Assembly (NCBI GenBank): GCA_050251815.1
Contig: JBFWMB010000008.1
Span: 2,457-66,456 of the forward strand
Direction of reading: 5' to 3'
DNA length: 64,000 nucleotides
Source of the DNA: Salinivirgaceae bacterium
GTDB taxonomy: Bacteria > Bacteroidota > Bacteroidia > Bacteroidales > SZUA-534
The first letter of the stretch is position 1. Every line of letters begins with the position of its first letter. A model generated the notes under the pieces. That model searched no databases. It worked only from the letters and a program-made list of their open reading frames with translations, and was not told the origin of the DNA. The position numbers and the translations under genes were made by a program. Shown in pieces: positions 48,834 through 60,223 of the stretch.

Positions 48834-50036
48834 ATGAGTACACAAATAAATATAGGATTGATTGGCTTTGGCACCGTAGGCAGAGGGCTCTACGAAGTGC
48901 TCGAAAAGTCGCCCAACGACCGGGTGGCCATTAAAAAAATCTGTATTAAAGATGCAGACAAACAGCGGGAGCTTCCTCAGGAATATTTTACCACCGATGC
49001 CGATTCGCTATTAAATGACCCCTCGCTTAACCTGATTGTTGAGCTGATTGACGATGCCGATGCAGCTTACGATTTGGTAACCTCGGCCCTGGCAAAAGGG
49101 AAATCGGTGGTGTCGGGCAATAAAAAGATGATTGCCACCCACCTTACCGAACTGATTGAATTGCAAAAAACTTACGGAACCGCTTTGCTTTACGATGCCT
49201 CGGCTTGCGGAAGCATTCCGGTAATCCGTAACCTCGAAGAATATTACGACAACGATTTGCTTAAATCGATAACCGGCATCTTAAATGGTTCGTCGAATTT
49301 TATTCTGACGCGTATCTTTAACGACAAAATGGATTACCATACCGCCTTAAAACTGGCTCAGGATTTAGGTTTTGCTGAAAGCAATCCCCTGTTCGATGTC
49401 GAAGGCTTCGACAGTTTATACAAGCTGGTGATTCTTGCTGTACATGGGTTTGGCACGGTAATAAATCCCGATGAGGTATTGAACTACGGCATTTCAAACA
49501 TTTCGGATTTTGACATACAGTATGCCCGCGAGAAAGGCTATCGCATAAAACTGGTGGCTCAGGTAACTAAAATCAATAAAAATGAAATTACCTTGTATGT
49601 GCTTCCCCGTCTGGTAACCAAGGACAAATACATTTACAGTGTCGAAGACGAGTTTAACGGAGTAGTGATTCAGGGCGAAGCCTACGATAAGCAATTTATG
49701 TTCGGGAAGGGTGCCGGAGCACACCCCACGGGTTCGGCAGTACTTTCAGACATTACAGCCCGCTTACACAATTACCGCTACGAATACAAAAAGCAAAAGT
49801 ATTTTAACGTGCCAAAATACAGCACCAACCATACATTAAGCGTATATTTGCGCTATACAAATCCGGTGGACTTAAACCTTTTTGATTTTGAACAAATTCA
49901 GGAAAGGTATACCTCGGAACAAAACAACTATGTTATTGGTACCATTAAACTCGACCAACTGATTAAGCTGAAAAACACTCTCCCTAAACTGGATGTGTTT
50001 CTAGCTTATTTGGGCGATTTGGTAAACACCTATTAA
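48834..50036 (+). CDS. hom: homoserine dehydrogenase
   Basis: 400 aa. NAD-binding start IGLIGFGTVGRG and the catalytic region LNGSSNFILT...AQDLGFAESNP..D.EG.D...K. Sits in the met operon. Confidence 0.85.
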   Translation: MSTQINIGLIGFGTVGRGLYEVLEKSPNDRVAIKKICIKDADKQRELPQEYFTTDADSLLNDPSLNLIVELIDDADAAYDLVTSALAKGKSVVSGNKKMIATHLTELIELQKTYGTALLYDASACGSIPVIRNLEEYYDNDLLKSITGILNGSSNFILTRIFNDKMDYHTALKLAQDLGFAESNPLFDVEGFDSLYKLVILAVHGFGTVINPDEVLNYGISNISDFDIQYAREKGYRIKLVAQVTKINKNEITLYVLPRLVTKDKYIYSVEDEFNGVVIQGEAYDKQFMFGKGAGAHPTGSAVLSDITARLHNYRYEYKKQKYFNVPKYSTNHTLSVYLRYTNPVDLNLFDFEQIQERYTSEQNNYVIGTIKLDQLIKLKNTLPKLDVFLAYLGDLVNTY

Positions 50037-50095
50037 AAGGTAAGGTAAAAATTAAAACAATTGATAAGAAGTGTTTATTGATGAAGTTAAAAGAT

Positions 50096-50198
50096 TAGAA
50101 CGCGGATAACGCAGATGCAAGCACCGCGGATTTAAAATCATAAAAATCAGCTAAAATCGGCGCTTTCGCGAAGCAAAATCCGCACCATCAGCGTTCTA
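50096..50198. repeat. left copy of a ~100-bp structured direct repeat flanking the GxxExxY gene
   Basis: TAGAACGC...GCGGATTT...TTCGCGAA...AAATCCGC...GCGTTCTA. The outer and inner arms are inverted repeats. It is co-linear with the right copy at 50626-50720. Confidence 0.85.
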
Positions 50199-50231
50199 TA
50201 GTCACAGAGAATAATCCAAAAAATTAATACA

Positions 50232-50624
50232 ATGCCTTTAAAACATCAGGAATTATCAGAGCAGCTAATAAGAACCTTTTTCGATGTTTACAATGAATTG
50301 GGATATGGTTTTCTTGAGAAAGTTTATCAAAATGCGATGTATGTTGAGTTGAAATCCCGGGGATATTATGTTGAAGCACACAAACAATTAAAAGTATATT
50401 ATAAAAATGTGGAAGTAGGTGAATATTATCCCGACTTAATTGTTGATGATAAAATAATTATCGAACTTAAGGCTGCCGAATATCTGGTACAGGAAAACGA
50501 AGCTCAATTAATAAACTATTTGAAGGCTACCGATATTGAGGTTGGTTTACTGTTTAATTTTGGAAAGAAGCCTGAATTTAAAAGAAAAGTATTTGAAACA
50601 GCCAGAAGTATTAAAAAAAAATAA
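50232..50624 (+). CDS. GxxExxY protein (PD-(D/E)XK nuclease-like, PDDEXK_3)
   Basis: 130 aa. The eponymous motif is GFLEKVY. The PD-(D/E)XK-like core is YYPDLIVDDKIIIELKA. Confidence 0.88.
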   Translation: MPLKHQELSEQLIRTFFDVYNELGYGFLEKVYQNAMYVELKSRGYYVEAHKQLKVYYKNVEVGEYYPDLIVDDKIIIELKAAEYLVQENEAQLINYLKATDIEVGLLFNFGKKPEFKRKVFETARSIKKK

Positions 50625-50625
50625 C

Positions 50626-50720
50626 AAAACGCGGATGCAAGCAACGCGGATTTAATTACAAAAAAGATCAGCGAATATCAGCGCTTTCGCGATAGCGAAA
50701 TCCGCGGCATCGGCGTTCTA
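50626..50720. repeat. right copy of the structured direct repeat flanking the GxxExxY gene
   Basis: AAAACGCGGATGCAAGCAACGCGGATTT...CAGCGCTTTCGCGATAGCGAAATCCGCGGCATCGGCGTTCTA is the same word order as the left copy. Confidence 0.85.
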
Positions 50721-50753
50721 AAAAAATTTTTGAATAAATAAAAAATACACACC

Positions 50754-53700
50754 ATGTCACATCAGAAAACTCAGATAGAAGAATTAATTAAAAAGCGTAT
50801 TTTGGTGCTCGACGGAGCTACCGGAACCATGATACAGCGCTACAAACTCAGCGAAGAAGACTTCCGGGGCGAGGAATTTAAAAACCATCCTGCCGATTTA
50901 AAAGGGAATAACGATTTATTGTCGCTTACCCGCCCCGACATTTGTAAAGAAATACACCAAAAGTTTTTGGAGGCCGGTTCCGATATTATTGAAACCAACA
51001 CCTTTAATTCAACCCGCATTTCGCAAGCCGATTACTCCATGGAACCCCTGGTTCGCCGCATCAATGTGGCTGCTGCAAAAAACGCCTGCGAAATGGCCGA
51101 CAAGTATACCGCCATGAACCCCGACAAACCTCGCTTTGTTGCTGGTTCCATGGGCCCAACCAATAAAACCGCTTCCATCTCGCCCGACGTGAACGATCCC
51201 TCAAAACGTTCCATTACCTGGGATCAGCTGGTGGATGCCTACCAGGAACAAGCCGAAGGGTTGATTGAAGGTGGTGTGGACCTGCTGCTGATTGAAACCG
51301 TATTTGATATTCTGAACGCCAAAGCCGCTTACGTGGGCGTGCTGAATGCTTTCGAAAAATTCAATACCAAACTTCCGGTAATGATGTCGGTTACCATTGC
51401 CGATAAAAGCGGACGCACCCTTTCGGGACAAACCGTAGAGGCTTTCATTATTTCGCTTTCGCACATGGATTTATTGAGCATCGGGCTGAACTGCAGCTTT
51501 GGTGCCGAAGGCTTGCGTCCTTACCTGGAGGAACTGGCAGCCAAATCGCCCTGGTACATTTCAGTGTATCCCAATGCCGGATTACCCAATCAGTTGGGCG
51601 AATACGACGAGTTGCCCCGGACCATGGCGCATCAGATTCAGTATTTCCTCGACAACAACCTGCTAAACATTGTTGGCGGGTGCTGTGGAACCACTCCCGA
51701 ACACATTAAAGCGATAGCCGAAATTACAAAAGGGTACCAGCCCCATCAGAAAACAGCAATAAAAACGGCTACCCGCTTAAGCGGACTGGAGCCCCTGATA
51801 ATTACTCCCGAAATTAATTTTGTGAATGTGGGCGAACGTACCAATGTTTCGGGCTCCATTAAATTTGCCCGGCTCATACGCGAAAAAAAATACGACGAAG
51901 CGCTCAGCATCGCCCGTAATCAGGTAGATGGCGGCGCCCAGATTATTGACGTTAATCTTGACGACGGCTTGTTGGATGCAGTGAGCGAGATGACCACCTT
52001 TTTGAATTACATTGTTTCAGAACCCGAAATTTCGCGCCTTCCCATCATGATCGATTCATCGAAATGGGAAGCGCTTGAAGCTGGTTTAAAAGTGTTGCAG
52101 GGAAAAGCCATAGTGAACTCCATCAGTTTAAAGGATGGGGAAGCCGACTTTATTAAAAAAGCAAAACTGGTCCGTAAATATGGAGCGGCAGCAGTAATTA
52201 TGGCTTTTGACGAAGAAGGTCAGGCCGTAACTTCTGATCGTAAAAATGCCATTTGTAAACGGGCTTACGATATTTGGGTGCATCAGCTGGGTTTTCCACC
52301 TGAGGATATTATTTTCGATCCAAACATTCTGGCCATTGCCACCGGAATGGAAGAACACGACAATTATGCTGTGGAGTTCATTAAAACAGTTACCTGGATT
52401 AAACAGAACCTGCCTCATGCGAAAATCAGCGGAGGCCTGAGCAACCTTTCGTTCAGCTTCCGCGGAAACAATACCGTGCGCGAGGCCATGCACTCGGTGT
52501 TTTTGTATTACGCCATTAAAGAAGGCATGGACATGGCCATCCTAAATCCCGGAATGATTCAGATTTACGACGATATTCCAAAAGACTTGCTTACGTTGGT
52601 CGAAGATGTGGTGCTGAACCGCAAACCCAATGCCGGTGAAAAACTGATAGAATTTGCCGAAACGGTAAAAAACGATGGGAAAGAAGTGGTAAAAACAGAA
52701 GCCTGGCGCGAGAAACCACTTGAAGAACGGCTCTCTTATTCACTTATGAAAGGGATAAATGAATACCTGCATCAGGATTTGAATGAAGCATTGGGAAAAT
52801 ATTCTCCCACACTTAAAATAATTGAAGGGCCGTTGATGGATGGCATGAACCTGGTGGGCGACCTGTTTGGCGAAGGCAAAATGTTTCTACCGCAAGTGGT
52901 TAAAACTGCACGGGTAATGAAACAGGCTGTAGCTTTTCTGCAACCCTATATTGAAGCCGAACAGGAAGGCGGAACAAGCGGTGAGCGTACCTACGTAGGA
53001 AAAGTACAACTGGCTACCGTAAAAGGTGACGTGCACGACATTGGTAAAAATATTGTCAACGTGGTTTTGGCCTGCAACAATTACGACACCATCGACCTTG
53101 GGGTAATGACTCCCTGCGAGACCATATTAAATAGCGCCCGTGAAAACAAGGTCGACATAATTGCGTGCAGTGGTTTAATAACTCCGTCGTTAGACGAAAT
53201 GGTGCATGTAGCTAAAGAAATGGAAAAAGCAGGCTTCACCATTCCTCTGTTTGTTGGTGGTGCAACCACATCGAAGATTCATACCGCGCTCAAAATCGAT
53301 CCGCATTACAGCGGCCCGGTAATTCATTCAAAAGATGCTTCGGAAGCGGTAAAAATGATGAACGAGGTAATGAATAAAACCACGGGTGAAGCTTTTTGCC
53401 AATCGTTAAAAGAGGAATATGCAAAAATCCGTCGCAATTACGGAAAAACTGCCAAACCCTTGTTAAGTCTGCCCGAAGCCCGGGCTAAAAAGATGCCGTT
53501 TAACCTTATGGAATCGGCTATTGTAAAGCCAAATAAACTCGGGTTAATGCAAATTGAAGACTTCGATTTATCGGAAATTCGTCAGTACATCGACTGGACT
53601 TTCTTCTTTATCTCGTGGGACTTTAAAGGGAAATTTCCGCAACTGCTCGAAGATCCTGAAAAAGGAGAAGAAGCACGGAAACTTTATAACGAGGCCAACC

Positions 53701-54431
53701 AGATGATTGATGAGATTATTGCCGAAAAATCGCTGCGTGCCAATGCCATGGTTGGTTTGTATCCGGCCAACAGTCAGGGCGACGACATCATTATTTACGA
53801 TCCGGAAGACGACACCAAAGAGATTGCCCGTTACCACAGCTTACGTCAACAAAACCCGGCACCAAACAGTGAATACTGTTATGCGTTGGCCGATTTTGTT
53901 GCACCGGTAGCTTCGGGTGTTAAAGATTATGTGGGTGCTTTTGCTGCCACAGCCGGCATCAACATTGAGAAAAAACTGGAGGAATACAAAGCAAAGAACG
54001 ACGATTACCAGGCCATTCTGTTAAAATATGTAGCCGATCGTCTGGCTGAAGCATTCACCGAATTGCTGCACATAAAAATTCGCCGCGAATGGTGGGGCTA
54101 TGTTCCGCAGGAAGAAATAAGCTTTGATGATTTGCTGGCCATGAAATACCGGGGAATTCGTCCGGCCATTGGTTATCCGGCATGTCCCGAACATACGGAA
54201 AAAGGCATGTTGTTCCAGCTAATTCAGGCTGATAAAGCGGGCATAAGTTTAACAGAAAACTTTGCCATGTATCCAAATGCTGCCGTATCGGGTTTGGTTT
54301 TTGCGCATCCCAAATCGCATTATTTTGGTGTGGGTAAAATTGGCCGCGACCAGGTGGAAGATTATGCCAAACGTAAAGGTTGGGATCTTGCCACTGCCGA
54401 AAAATGGCTGGGAACCTTATTGAATTATTAA
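50754..54431 (+). CDS. metH: cobalamin-dependent methionine synthase
   Basis: 1225 aa. Hcy-binding domain ([10 protein letters not shown]), pterin-binding domain, B12-binding [10 protein letters not shown] and a C-terminal AdoMet activation domain. Confidence 0.97.
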   Translation: MSHQKTQIEELIKKRILVLDGATGTMIQRYKLSEEDFRGEEFKNHPADLKGNNDLLSLTRPDICKEIHQKFLEAGSDIIETNTFNSTRISQADYSMEPLVRRINVAAAKNACEMADKYTAMNPDKPRFVAGSMGPTNKTASISPDVNDPSKRSITWDQLVDAYQEQAEGLIEGGVDLLLIETVFDILNAKAAYVGVLNAFEKFNTKLPVMMSVTIADKSGRTLSGQTVEAFIISLSHMDLLSIGLNCSFGAEGLRPYLEELAAKSPWYISVYPNAGLPNQLGEYDELPRTMAHQIQYFLDNNLLNIVGGCCGTTPEHIKAIAEITKGYQPHQKTAIKTATRLSGLEPLIITPEINFVNVGERTNVSGSIKFARLIREKKYDEALSIARNQVDGGAQIIDVNLDDGLLDAVSEMTTFLNYIVSEPEISRLPIMIDSSKWEALEAGLKVLQGKAIVNSISLKDGEADFIKKAKLVRKYGAAAVIMAFDEEGQAVTSDRKNAICKRAYDIWVHQLGFPPEDIIFDPNILAIATGMEEHDNYAVEFIKTVTWIKQNLPHAKISGGLSNLSFSFRGNNTVREAMHSVFLYYAIKEGMDMAILNPGMIQIYDDIPKDLLTLVEDVVLNRKPNAGEKLIEFAETVKNDGKEVVKTEAWREKPLEERLSYSLMKGINEYLHQDLNEALGKYSPTLKIIEGPLMDGMNLVGDLFGEGKMFLPQVVKTARVMKQAVAFLQPYIEAEQEGGTSGERTYVGKVQLATVKGDVHDIGKNIVNVVLACNNYDTIDLGVMTPCETILNSARENKVDIIACSGLITPSLDEMVHVAKEMEKAGFTIPLFVGGATTSKIHTALKIDPHYSGPVIHSKDASEAVKMMNEVMNKTTGEAFCQSLKEEYAKIRRNYGKTAKPLLSLPEARAKKMPFNLMESAIVKPNKLGLMQIEDFDLSEIRQYIDWTFFFISWDFKGKFPQLLEDPEKGEEARKLYNEANQMIDEIIAEKSLRANAMVGLYPANSQGDDIIIYDPEDDTKEIARYHSLRQQNPAPNSEYCYALADFVAPVASGVKDYVGAFAATAGINIEKKLEEYKAKNDDYQAILLKYVADRLAEAFTELLHIKIRREWWGYVPQEEISFDDLLAMKYRGIRPAIGYPACPEHTEKGMLFQLIQADKAGISLTENFAMYPNAAVSGLVFAHPKSHYFGVGKIGRDQVEDYAKRKGWDLATAEKWLGTLLNY

Positions 54432-54458
54432 AATCGTATGAAGTAAATGGCTTGACCC

Positions 54459-54494
54459 GTTCATCATTTTTTTCTTTCGGAAAAAATGATGAAC
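54459..54494. other. perfect 14-bp-stem inverted repeat in the metH-metF spacer
   Basis: GTTCATCATTTTTT-(8 nt)-AAAAAATGATGAAC with no U-tract following on the + strand. Confidence 0.85.
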
Positions 54495-54555
54495 TTAGGG
54501 TGGCTATCGCATAAAATGCATCCATGGAAAGCTTATCAAACTTATTGAATTAACA

Positions 54556-55509
54556 GTGAAAGTAATAGATCTCATTAATCAGCGGGAAAAAACACTTTTT
54601 TCCATCGAAATAGTACCTCCTTTGCGGGGAAACAATATTGAAGCTATTTATAAACGTATTGATCAGCTTATTGAATTTGATCCGGCGTTTATCAACATTA
54701 CCTATCATAAGGATGAAGCCACTTATACCCAGTTAAAGAACGGGAAAATTGTAAAGCGTACCCTTTCAAAACGACCGGGAACGGTAGCACTTACCGCATC
54801 GATAATGAATAAATACAAGGTTGAAGTGGTTCCCCACCTGACCTGCGGAGGTTTTACGCGCGACCAGGCTGAAAATGCACTGATTGACTTTAACTTTTTG
54901 GGTATTGAAAACCTTTTGGTTTTGCAGGGCGATGCCGGACGCGGTCAGGATGTTTTTATTCCCGAACCTGAAGGCCATCGTTATGCTGTGCAATTGGTTG
55001 AGCAGGTAATGAACATGAATCGGGGAAAATATCTTGACGAAAATCTGGAACAGGGAAACCCTTCGAATTTTTGCGTGGGCGTTGCCGGATATCCCGAAAA
55101 ACATTATGCAGCAGCCAGCATCGATTCCGATATTCAGTACCTGAAAGCCAAGGTATTGGCCGGAGCCGATTATATTGTTACCCAGATGTTTTTCGACAAC
55201 AAATACTACTACGATTTTGTAGCCAAATGTCGGGCCGAAGGAATTGATGTCCCAATTATTCCCGGTCTAAAACCCATTGCTTTAATAAACCAGGTTGATG
55301 TGCTGCCAAAAATATTCCACACCGAAATTCCCGAATCACTAAGTAAAGAAATTCGAAAATGCCGTGATAACAAAGAAGCACTTGAAATTGGAACCCGCTG
55401 GACCATTGAACAAGCACGCGACCTGATGAAAAACGGTGCGCCGGTTTTACATTTTTATACCCTGGGGGCAGGCAGCAGCATACGCAAAATTGCCAAAGAA
55501 ATATTTTAG
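54556..55509 (+). CDS. metF: methylenetetrahydrofolate reductase
   Basis: 317 aa with a GTG start. FSIEIVPP, HLTC and the C-terminal region are typical of MetF. Last gene of the met cluster. Confidence 0.9.
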   Translation: MKVIDLINQREKTLFSIEIVPPLRGNNIEAIYKRIDQLIEFDPAFINITYHKDEATYTQLKNGKIVKRTLSKRPGTVALTASIMNKYKVEVVPHLTCGGFTRDQAENALIDFNFLGIENLLVLQGDAGRGQDVFIPEPEGHRYAVQLVEQVMNMNRGKYLDENLEQGNPSNFCVGVAGYPEKHYAAASIDSDIQYLKAKVLAGADYIVTQMFFDNKYYYDFVAKCRAEGIDVPIIPGLKPIALINQVDVLPKIFHTEIPESLSKEIRKCRDNKEALEIGTRWTIEQARDLMKNGAPVLHFYTLGAGSSIRKIAKEIF

Positions 55510-55694
55510 CATTGAAAAAAACAAATTGAAACAAGTTGGTTGATTAAAAACGCTAGTACACCAACCCCTGTAATACCATTTGGTGAAGCTTACCTAACCA
55601 ATATCGAAAAAAAACAAAAAATAATTGAGCTTTAGAGAATAAGGTATTGCTTTTGCATCTAAATTTGCCCCCTTCAAATCAAAAGCTTTTTATT

Positions 55695-57365
55695 ATGGCA
55701 AATCTTTTTAAGCCTAAGTTTTTCAGCCTCCTGAAAAACGGGTTTACAAAAAAACAGGTTTCGCAGGATGTCCTTTCGGGTGTGGTGGTTGGCATTGTGG
55801 CTTTGCCCCTGGCTATTGCCTTTGCTGTAGCTTCGGGTGTTTCGCCCGAGAAGGGGCTTATTACAGCCGTTATAGCCGGATTCCTGATTTCACTTTTAGG
55901 GGGTAGTCGTGTTCAAATTGGTGGACCAACCGGGGCATTTATTGTAATTATTTATGCCATTGTGGAGCAATACGGCATCAACGGATTAATGATTTCGACC
56001 GTAATGGCCGGTATAATTCTGATAGCTTTTGGTTTGCTGCGTCTGGGTAACCTGTTGAAATTTTTTCCGCATCCGCTCATTGTTGGTTTTACCAGTGGTA
56101 TTGCGCTGGTAATTTTTTCAACCCAGATTAAAGATGCCTTTGGCCTTCCCATTGAAAAAGTGCCTTCTGAATTTCTCGAAAAATGGAGTCTTTATTTTTC
56201 ACATCTTTCAGAATTCAATCCCACCGCTTTACTAATAACTTTAGTAACCATTTTTATTACCATCTATTTTAAAAAGATTACTCAAAAAATACCTGGTTCA
56301 TTTGTGGCTATCGTTCTGATAACCTTAATCGTTCAGCTTTTCGACGTTCCGGTAAGCACCATTGAAACTTTTTTTGGTGAAATTCCCAATAAATTTTCGC
56401 TTGAATGGCCAGCCATTGAATGGGGCGCGTTGAGTGTTTATCTTGCACCCGCTTTAACCATAGCCTTGCTGGGCGGCATTGAAAGCCTGTTGTCGGCCGT
56501 TGTTTCTGATGGTATGATTGGTGGAAACCATCGCTCAAATACCGAACTTATTGCCCAGGGAATTGCCAATATAGTTACTCCTTTTTTTGGAGGAATTCCC
56601 GCCACGGGAGCTATTGCTCGTACGGCTACCAATGTTAAAAATGGTGGTCGCACACCCATTTCGGGAATGATGCACGCGCTGACGCTGCTGTTAATTATGC
56701 TTTTTGTGGGCAAATGGGCCAAGCTGATTCCCATGTCGGTACTGGCCGGAATCTTGATTGTTGTTGCTTACAACATGAGTGAATGGCGCTCATTTATTAA
56801 CATATTAAAAGGTTCGGTTTTCGACATTATGGTATTAGTCACCACCTTTTTATTGACTGTTCTGGTCGATTTAACGATTGCTATCGAAATTGGTGTAGTA
56901 CTTTCGGCCCTATTGTTTATGAAACGCATGGCCGATTCCGGAACCAAGGGACTGTTCTCTGTCGATAGTGATGTAATAAATGAATATAGCGAGATTCCTA
57001 AAGAAATTGGTATTTATGAAATCAGTGGTCCCTTCTTTTTCGGCTCAGCCAAACATTATGGAGAACTGATTCGTGAAACCGGATTTAAAAGTAAGATTTT
57101 AATTATCCGGATGCGCCACGTACCTTTTATCGATGCCACCGGAGTACATAATTTCAGAGGAACTTTGTGTCTATTGTTGGGAGCACACATAAAAATATAC
57201 CTTTCGGGTGTAAACCCCGAAGTCCGTAAAGAATTGATTAAGGGAAATATTGCCCAAATGGTAGGCCCTGAACATATTTTCGACTCTTTTGATGAAGCAG
57301 TAAAAGCTGCAAAAGCAAGTTTGTCGGTAAAACAACAGGTTACGCCGCATCACGATTGTGAATAA
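55695..57365 (+). CDS. SulP family inorganic anion transporter with a C-terminal STAS domain
   Basis: ORF trimmed to the ATG at 55695 (MANLFKPKFF). DVLSGVVVGIVALPLAIAFAVASG is the SulP signature region. The C-terminal ~110 aa are STAS-like. Confidence 0.9.
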   Translation: MANLFKPKFFSLLKNGFTKKQVSQDVLSGVVVGIVALPLAIAFAVASGVSPEKGLITAVIAGFLISLLGGSRVQIGGPTGAFIVIIYAIVEQYGINGLMISTVMAGIILIAFGLLRLGNLLKFFPHPLIVGFTSGIALVIFSTQIKDAFGLPIEKVPSEFLEKWSLYFSHLSEFNPTALLITLVTIFITIYFKKITQKIPGSFVAIVLITLIVQLFDVPVSTIETFFGEIPNKFSLEWPAIEWGALSVYLAPALTIALLGGIESLLSAVVSDGMIGGNHRSNTELIAQGIANIVTPFFGGIPATGAIARTATNVKNGGRTPISGMMHALTLLLIMLFVGKWAKLIPMSVLAGILIVVAYNMSEWRSFINILKGSVFDIMVLVTTFLLTVLVDLTIAIEIGVVLSALLFMKRMADSGTKGLFSVDSDVINEYSEIPKEIGIYEISGPFFFGSAKHYGELIRETGFKSKILIIRMRHVPFIDATGVHNFRGTLCLLLGAHIKIYLSGVNPEVRKELIKGNIAQMVGPEHIFDSFDEAVKAAKASLSVKQQVTPHHDCE

Positions 57366-57421
57366 TCGATAATTTCTGCTTCCTGAGCCTTGGTTTCCGT
57401 CAGATTAATTAAATTTGCGGC

Positions 57422-58117
57422 GTGAAACAATTTATACTAATAGGGTTTTCTTTACTTATACTTTGGCATAACCCAACTTTTAGCCAGGATAGGAACGACA
57501 AATACAATCGTTATTTTAAAAAAGACCAACTGTCGCTTACCTTAAATGGTACACAATGGCTGGCTGCTGATGCGACTCCACGCCCCACGGTTTTTTCGCG
57601 TGGCATTAACCTGCAAATGATGTATCCCATTCTGGGAAACCGTTCGAATGTGGCGCTGGCTTTGGGTTTTGGCTATGCGGTGCAAAACTATTACCTCGAC
57701 CATTTTTTACACACCAACACAACTGACGCCTGGTTTACAAAAATTCCCGATAATTTATCGTACAGCAAATACAAGCTCACCACCAATTACCTTACTATAC
57801 CTTTCGAGCTGCGCATAAGAACCAATCCCGACGCACTGTATCGCCGTAGTTTTAAAATATACCCCGGTTTCCGTGCCGGATACTTGGTAAATGTACATAC
57901 CAAATATGTGGGTGAAAGTCCGGATACCGGAGAAGACATCAAGATTAAGGAATATCATATTAAACGAATTAATCCCCTTAGTTACGGTCCCACAATTCGT
58001 ATCGGCTACGGAAAACTGATGCTGCACGGGTATTATTCCCTTTCCGGTCTTTTCGATTCAGTTACCCTGAATCCTTTAAATACATACGAGGTAGGTCTTT
58101 CGATAGTATTATTCTGA
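57422..58117 (+). CDS. outer-membrane beta-barrel protein (porin-family-like)
   Basis: 231 aa with a GTG start, a signal peptide, alternating beta-strand pattern and a terminal aromatic residue (SIVLF). Confidence 0.6.
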   Translation: MKQFILIGFSLLILWHNPTFSQDRNDKYNRYFKKDQLSLTLNGTQWLAADATPRPTVFSRGINLQMMYPILGNRSNVALALGFGYAVQNYYLDHFLHTNTTDAWFTKIPDNLSYSKYKLTTNYLTIPFELRIRTNPDALYRRSFKIYPGFRAGYLVNVHTKYVGESPDTGEDIKIKEYHIKRINPLSYGPTIRIGYGKLMLHGYYSLSGLFDSVTLNPLNTYEVGLSIVLF

Positions 58118-59044
58118 CTGAACAAAACGCAAATTACGCTGCACTCCCTTAAGTTTAGCCCTTTTCAAAGCCGATTTCGCAAATAATCGGTTAAAATTTG
58201 CCTCATCCATGGCATTCCATGCTTCCCAATCGAGTAAATAAAAATCGCTGGAAGGTTTAAACTCGGGTAAAGCTGTAATTAAGGGTTTTTTATTCCAGGG
58301 GCAAACATCCTGACAAATGTCGCAGCCAAAAATACGGTCTTTGAAATTACCCTTCAAATCATCATCAATGTAGTCGTTCCGGTTTTCAATGGTTTGATAC
58401 GAGATACAGCGCCTGCTGTCGACAACTCCGGGTTGCGCAATAGCCTGCGTGGGGCAGGCATCGATACATAAGGTACAACTTCCGCAAAAATTCGATGCAT
58501 AAGGTTCATCATACACCAACTCAAGGTTTACCAGCAATTCGCTGATAAAAACAAAAGAGCCCATTTCTTTATTTATCAGGCAACTGTTTTTCCCGAGCCA
58601 GCCCAAACCTGCTTTTACAGCCCACAGCTTATCGGAAACCGGAGCTGAATCGACAAAAATACGGCCTTCCAAATCGGGAACCAGCGTGGCTATATGCTTC
58701 CAGAGTTCCTTCATCCGGTCCTTTAATACAAAGTGATAATCGGTTCCGTAAGCATATTTGGCAATTTGAGGATGTGCGGCGTTTTGCACTTGCTCAGGAT
58801 AATAGGAAGTAATAAGTGATATGACCGATTTAACGCCGGGAACCAATTCAGTGGGATCGCTGCGTTTTTCCTGGTTACGCGCCATGTAATCCATTTCAGC
58901 GTGGTATCCTTTGGCAAGCCAGCCTTTTAAAGCGTCGGCAAAACCATTCAGTTTTTCGGCCCGGGCTATACCTACCCCATTAAAACCAAGCTCGAGGGCT
59001 TTTTCTTTTATTTTTTTGGTGATATCTGTTTTTGTCAGGCTCAA
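58109..59044 (-). CDS. queG: tRNA epoxyqueuosine(34) reductase
   Basis: 311 aa with a TTG start. 4Fe-4S motifs CGSCTLCIDACP and CDICQDVCPWN. N-terminus is typical of QueG. Confidence 0.9.
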   Translation of the reverse strand: MSLTKTDITKKIKEKALELGFNGVGIARAEKLNGFADALKGWLAKGYHAEMDYMARNQEKRSDPTELVPGVKSVISLITSYYPEQVQNAAHPQIAKYAYGTDYHFVLKDRMKELWKHIATLVPDLEGRIFVDSAPVSDKLWAVKAGLGWLGKNSCLINKEMGSFVFISELLVNLELVYDEPYASNFCGSCTLCIDACPTQAIAQPGVVDSRRCISYQTIENRNDYIDDDLKGNFKDRIFGCDICQDVCPWNKKPLITALPEFKPSSDFYLLDWEAWNAMDEANFNRLFAKSALKRAKLKGVQRNLRFVQSE

Positions 59045-59056
59045 ATCAACAACGAA

Positions 59057-60079
59057 TTAAAACAAACGCCCCTGATTACCTGAAGGAATTTTTCCGAGAT
59101 GCAGGTAAGCTTTTTCGGTGGCTTCGCGGCCACGTGGCGTGCGTTTAATAAAACCTTCCATTATCAGAAACGGCTCATATACTTCCTCGAGCGTTCCACT
59201 GTCTTCGCCCACTGCGGTAGCAATGGTTGTAAGACCAACCGGACCGCCTTTGAATTTATCAATAATTGTCGATAAAATTTTGTTATCCATTTGGTCCAGT
59301 CCGTAGGTGTCAATATTTAAGGCTTCGAGCGCGTATTTGGCAATTGCCAAATCAATCTGTCCATCGCCTTTAACCTGGGCAAAATCACGCACCCGACGAA
59401 GCAGGGCATTTGAAATACGTGGAGTTCCTCGGCTTCGTGATGAAATTTCATGAGCCGCATCATCAGTAATGGGAACTTTTAAAATACCCGCTGATCGCTT
59501 GATTATTTTTTTCAGCGTTTCTGCATCATAATACTCCAAATGCGAATTGATGCCAAAACGCGCACGCAGCGGGCTGGTAAGCAATCCCGATCGGGTGGTT
59601 GCCCCGATTAAGGTAAAGGGATTTAGTGTTAATTGAACTGAACGAGCACTGGGTCCTTTATCGATCATAATGTCGATACGAAAATCTTCCATGGCTGAGT
59701 ACAGGTACTCTTCAACTACGGGATTCAGGCGATGGATTTCGTCAATAAACAACACATCGTTTTCTTCCAGATTGGTTAACAAACCGGCTAAATCGCCGGG
59801 CTTATCGAGCACCGGGCCCGAAGTTAATTTAAAACCTACGCCCAGTTCATTGGCAATAATATTCGACAAGGTTGTTTTTCCCAATCCTGGAGGTCCGTGT
59901 AAAAGCACATGGTCGAGGGCTTCGAACCTCATTTTGGCTGCTGCTACAAACACTTTCAGGTTTTCAACAATCTTCTCCTGTCCGCTAAAATCGTTAAATG
60001 TTAATGGGCGAAGCTTTTGTTCAAATTCTTTATCATTTGAAAACTCAGCATCTCCGCGTATGTTAAAATTATCTGTCAT
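59057..60079 (-). CDS. ruvB: Holliday junction branch migration helicase RuvB
   Basis: 340 aa. Walker [10 protein letters not shown], Walker [10 protein letters not shown] and sensor regions are as in RuvB. Confidence 0.97.
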   Translation of the reverse strand: MTDNFNIRGDAEFSNDKEFEQKLRPLTFNDFSGQEKIVENLKVFVAAAKMRFEALDHVLLHGPPGLGKTTLSNIIANELGVGFKLTSGPVLDKPGDLAGLLTNLEENDVLFIDEIHRLNPVVEEYLYSAMEDFRIDIMIDKGPSARSVQLTLNPFTLIGATTRSGLLTSPLRARFGINSHLEYYDAETLKKIIKRSAGILKVPITDDAAHEISSRSRGTPRISNALLRRVRDFAQVKGDGQIDLAIAKYALEALNIDTYGLDQMDNKILSTIIDKFKGGPVGLTTIATAVGEDSGTLEEVYEPFLIMEGFIKRTPRGREATEKAYLHLGKIPSGNQGRLF

Positions 60080-60223
60080 AAAAAATCCCGATGTCTATCG
60101 GGAAACAATATTACAAAAAAATAGGGTTTTATCTGCTTAAAATTTGTGCTCGTGCTTTATCGGCAAATGCTTTTCAAGAATGTTTTTATTTCCCAAAAAA
60201 GCAAACTCAATGCGGATAGGTTT

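Noticed and set aside
50625-50753. A cobalamin riboswitch upstream of metH
   Set aside because: The region is fully accounted for by the right-hand GxxExxY flanking repeat. No B12-box-like sequence is visible, and metH is the B12-dependent enzyme, which is not normally repressed by B12.
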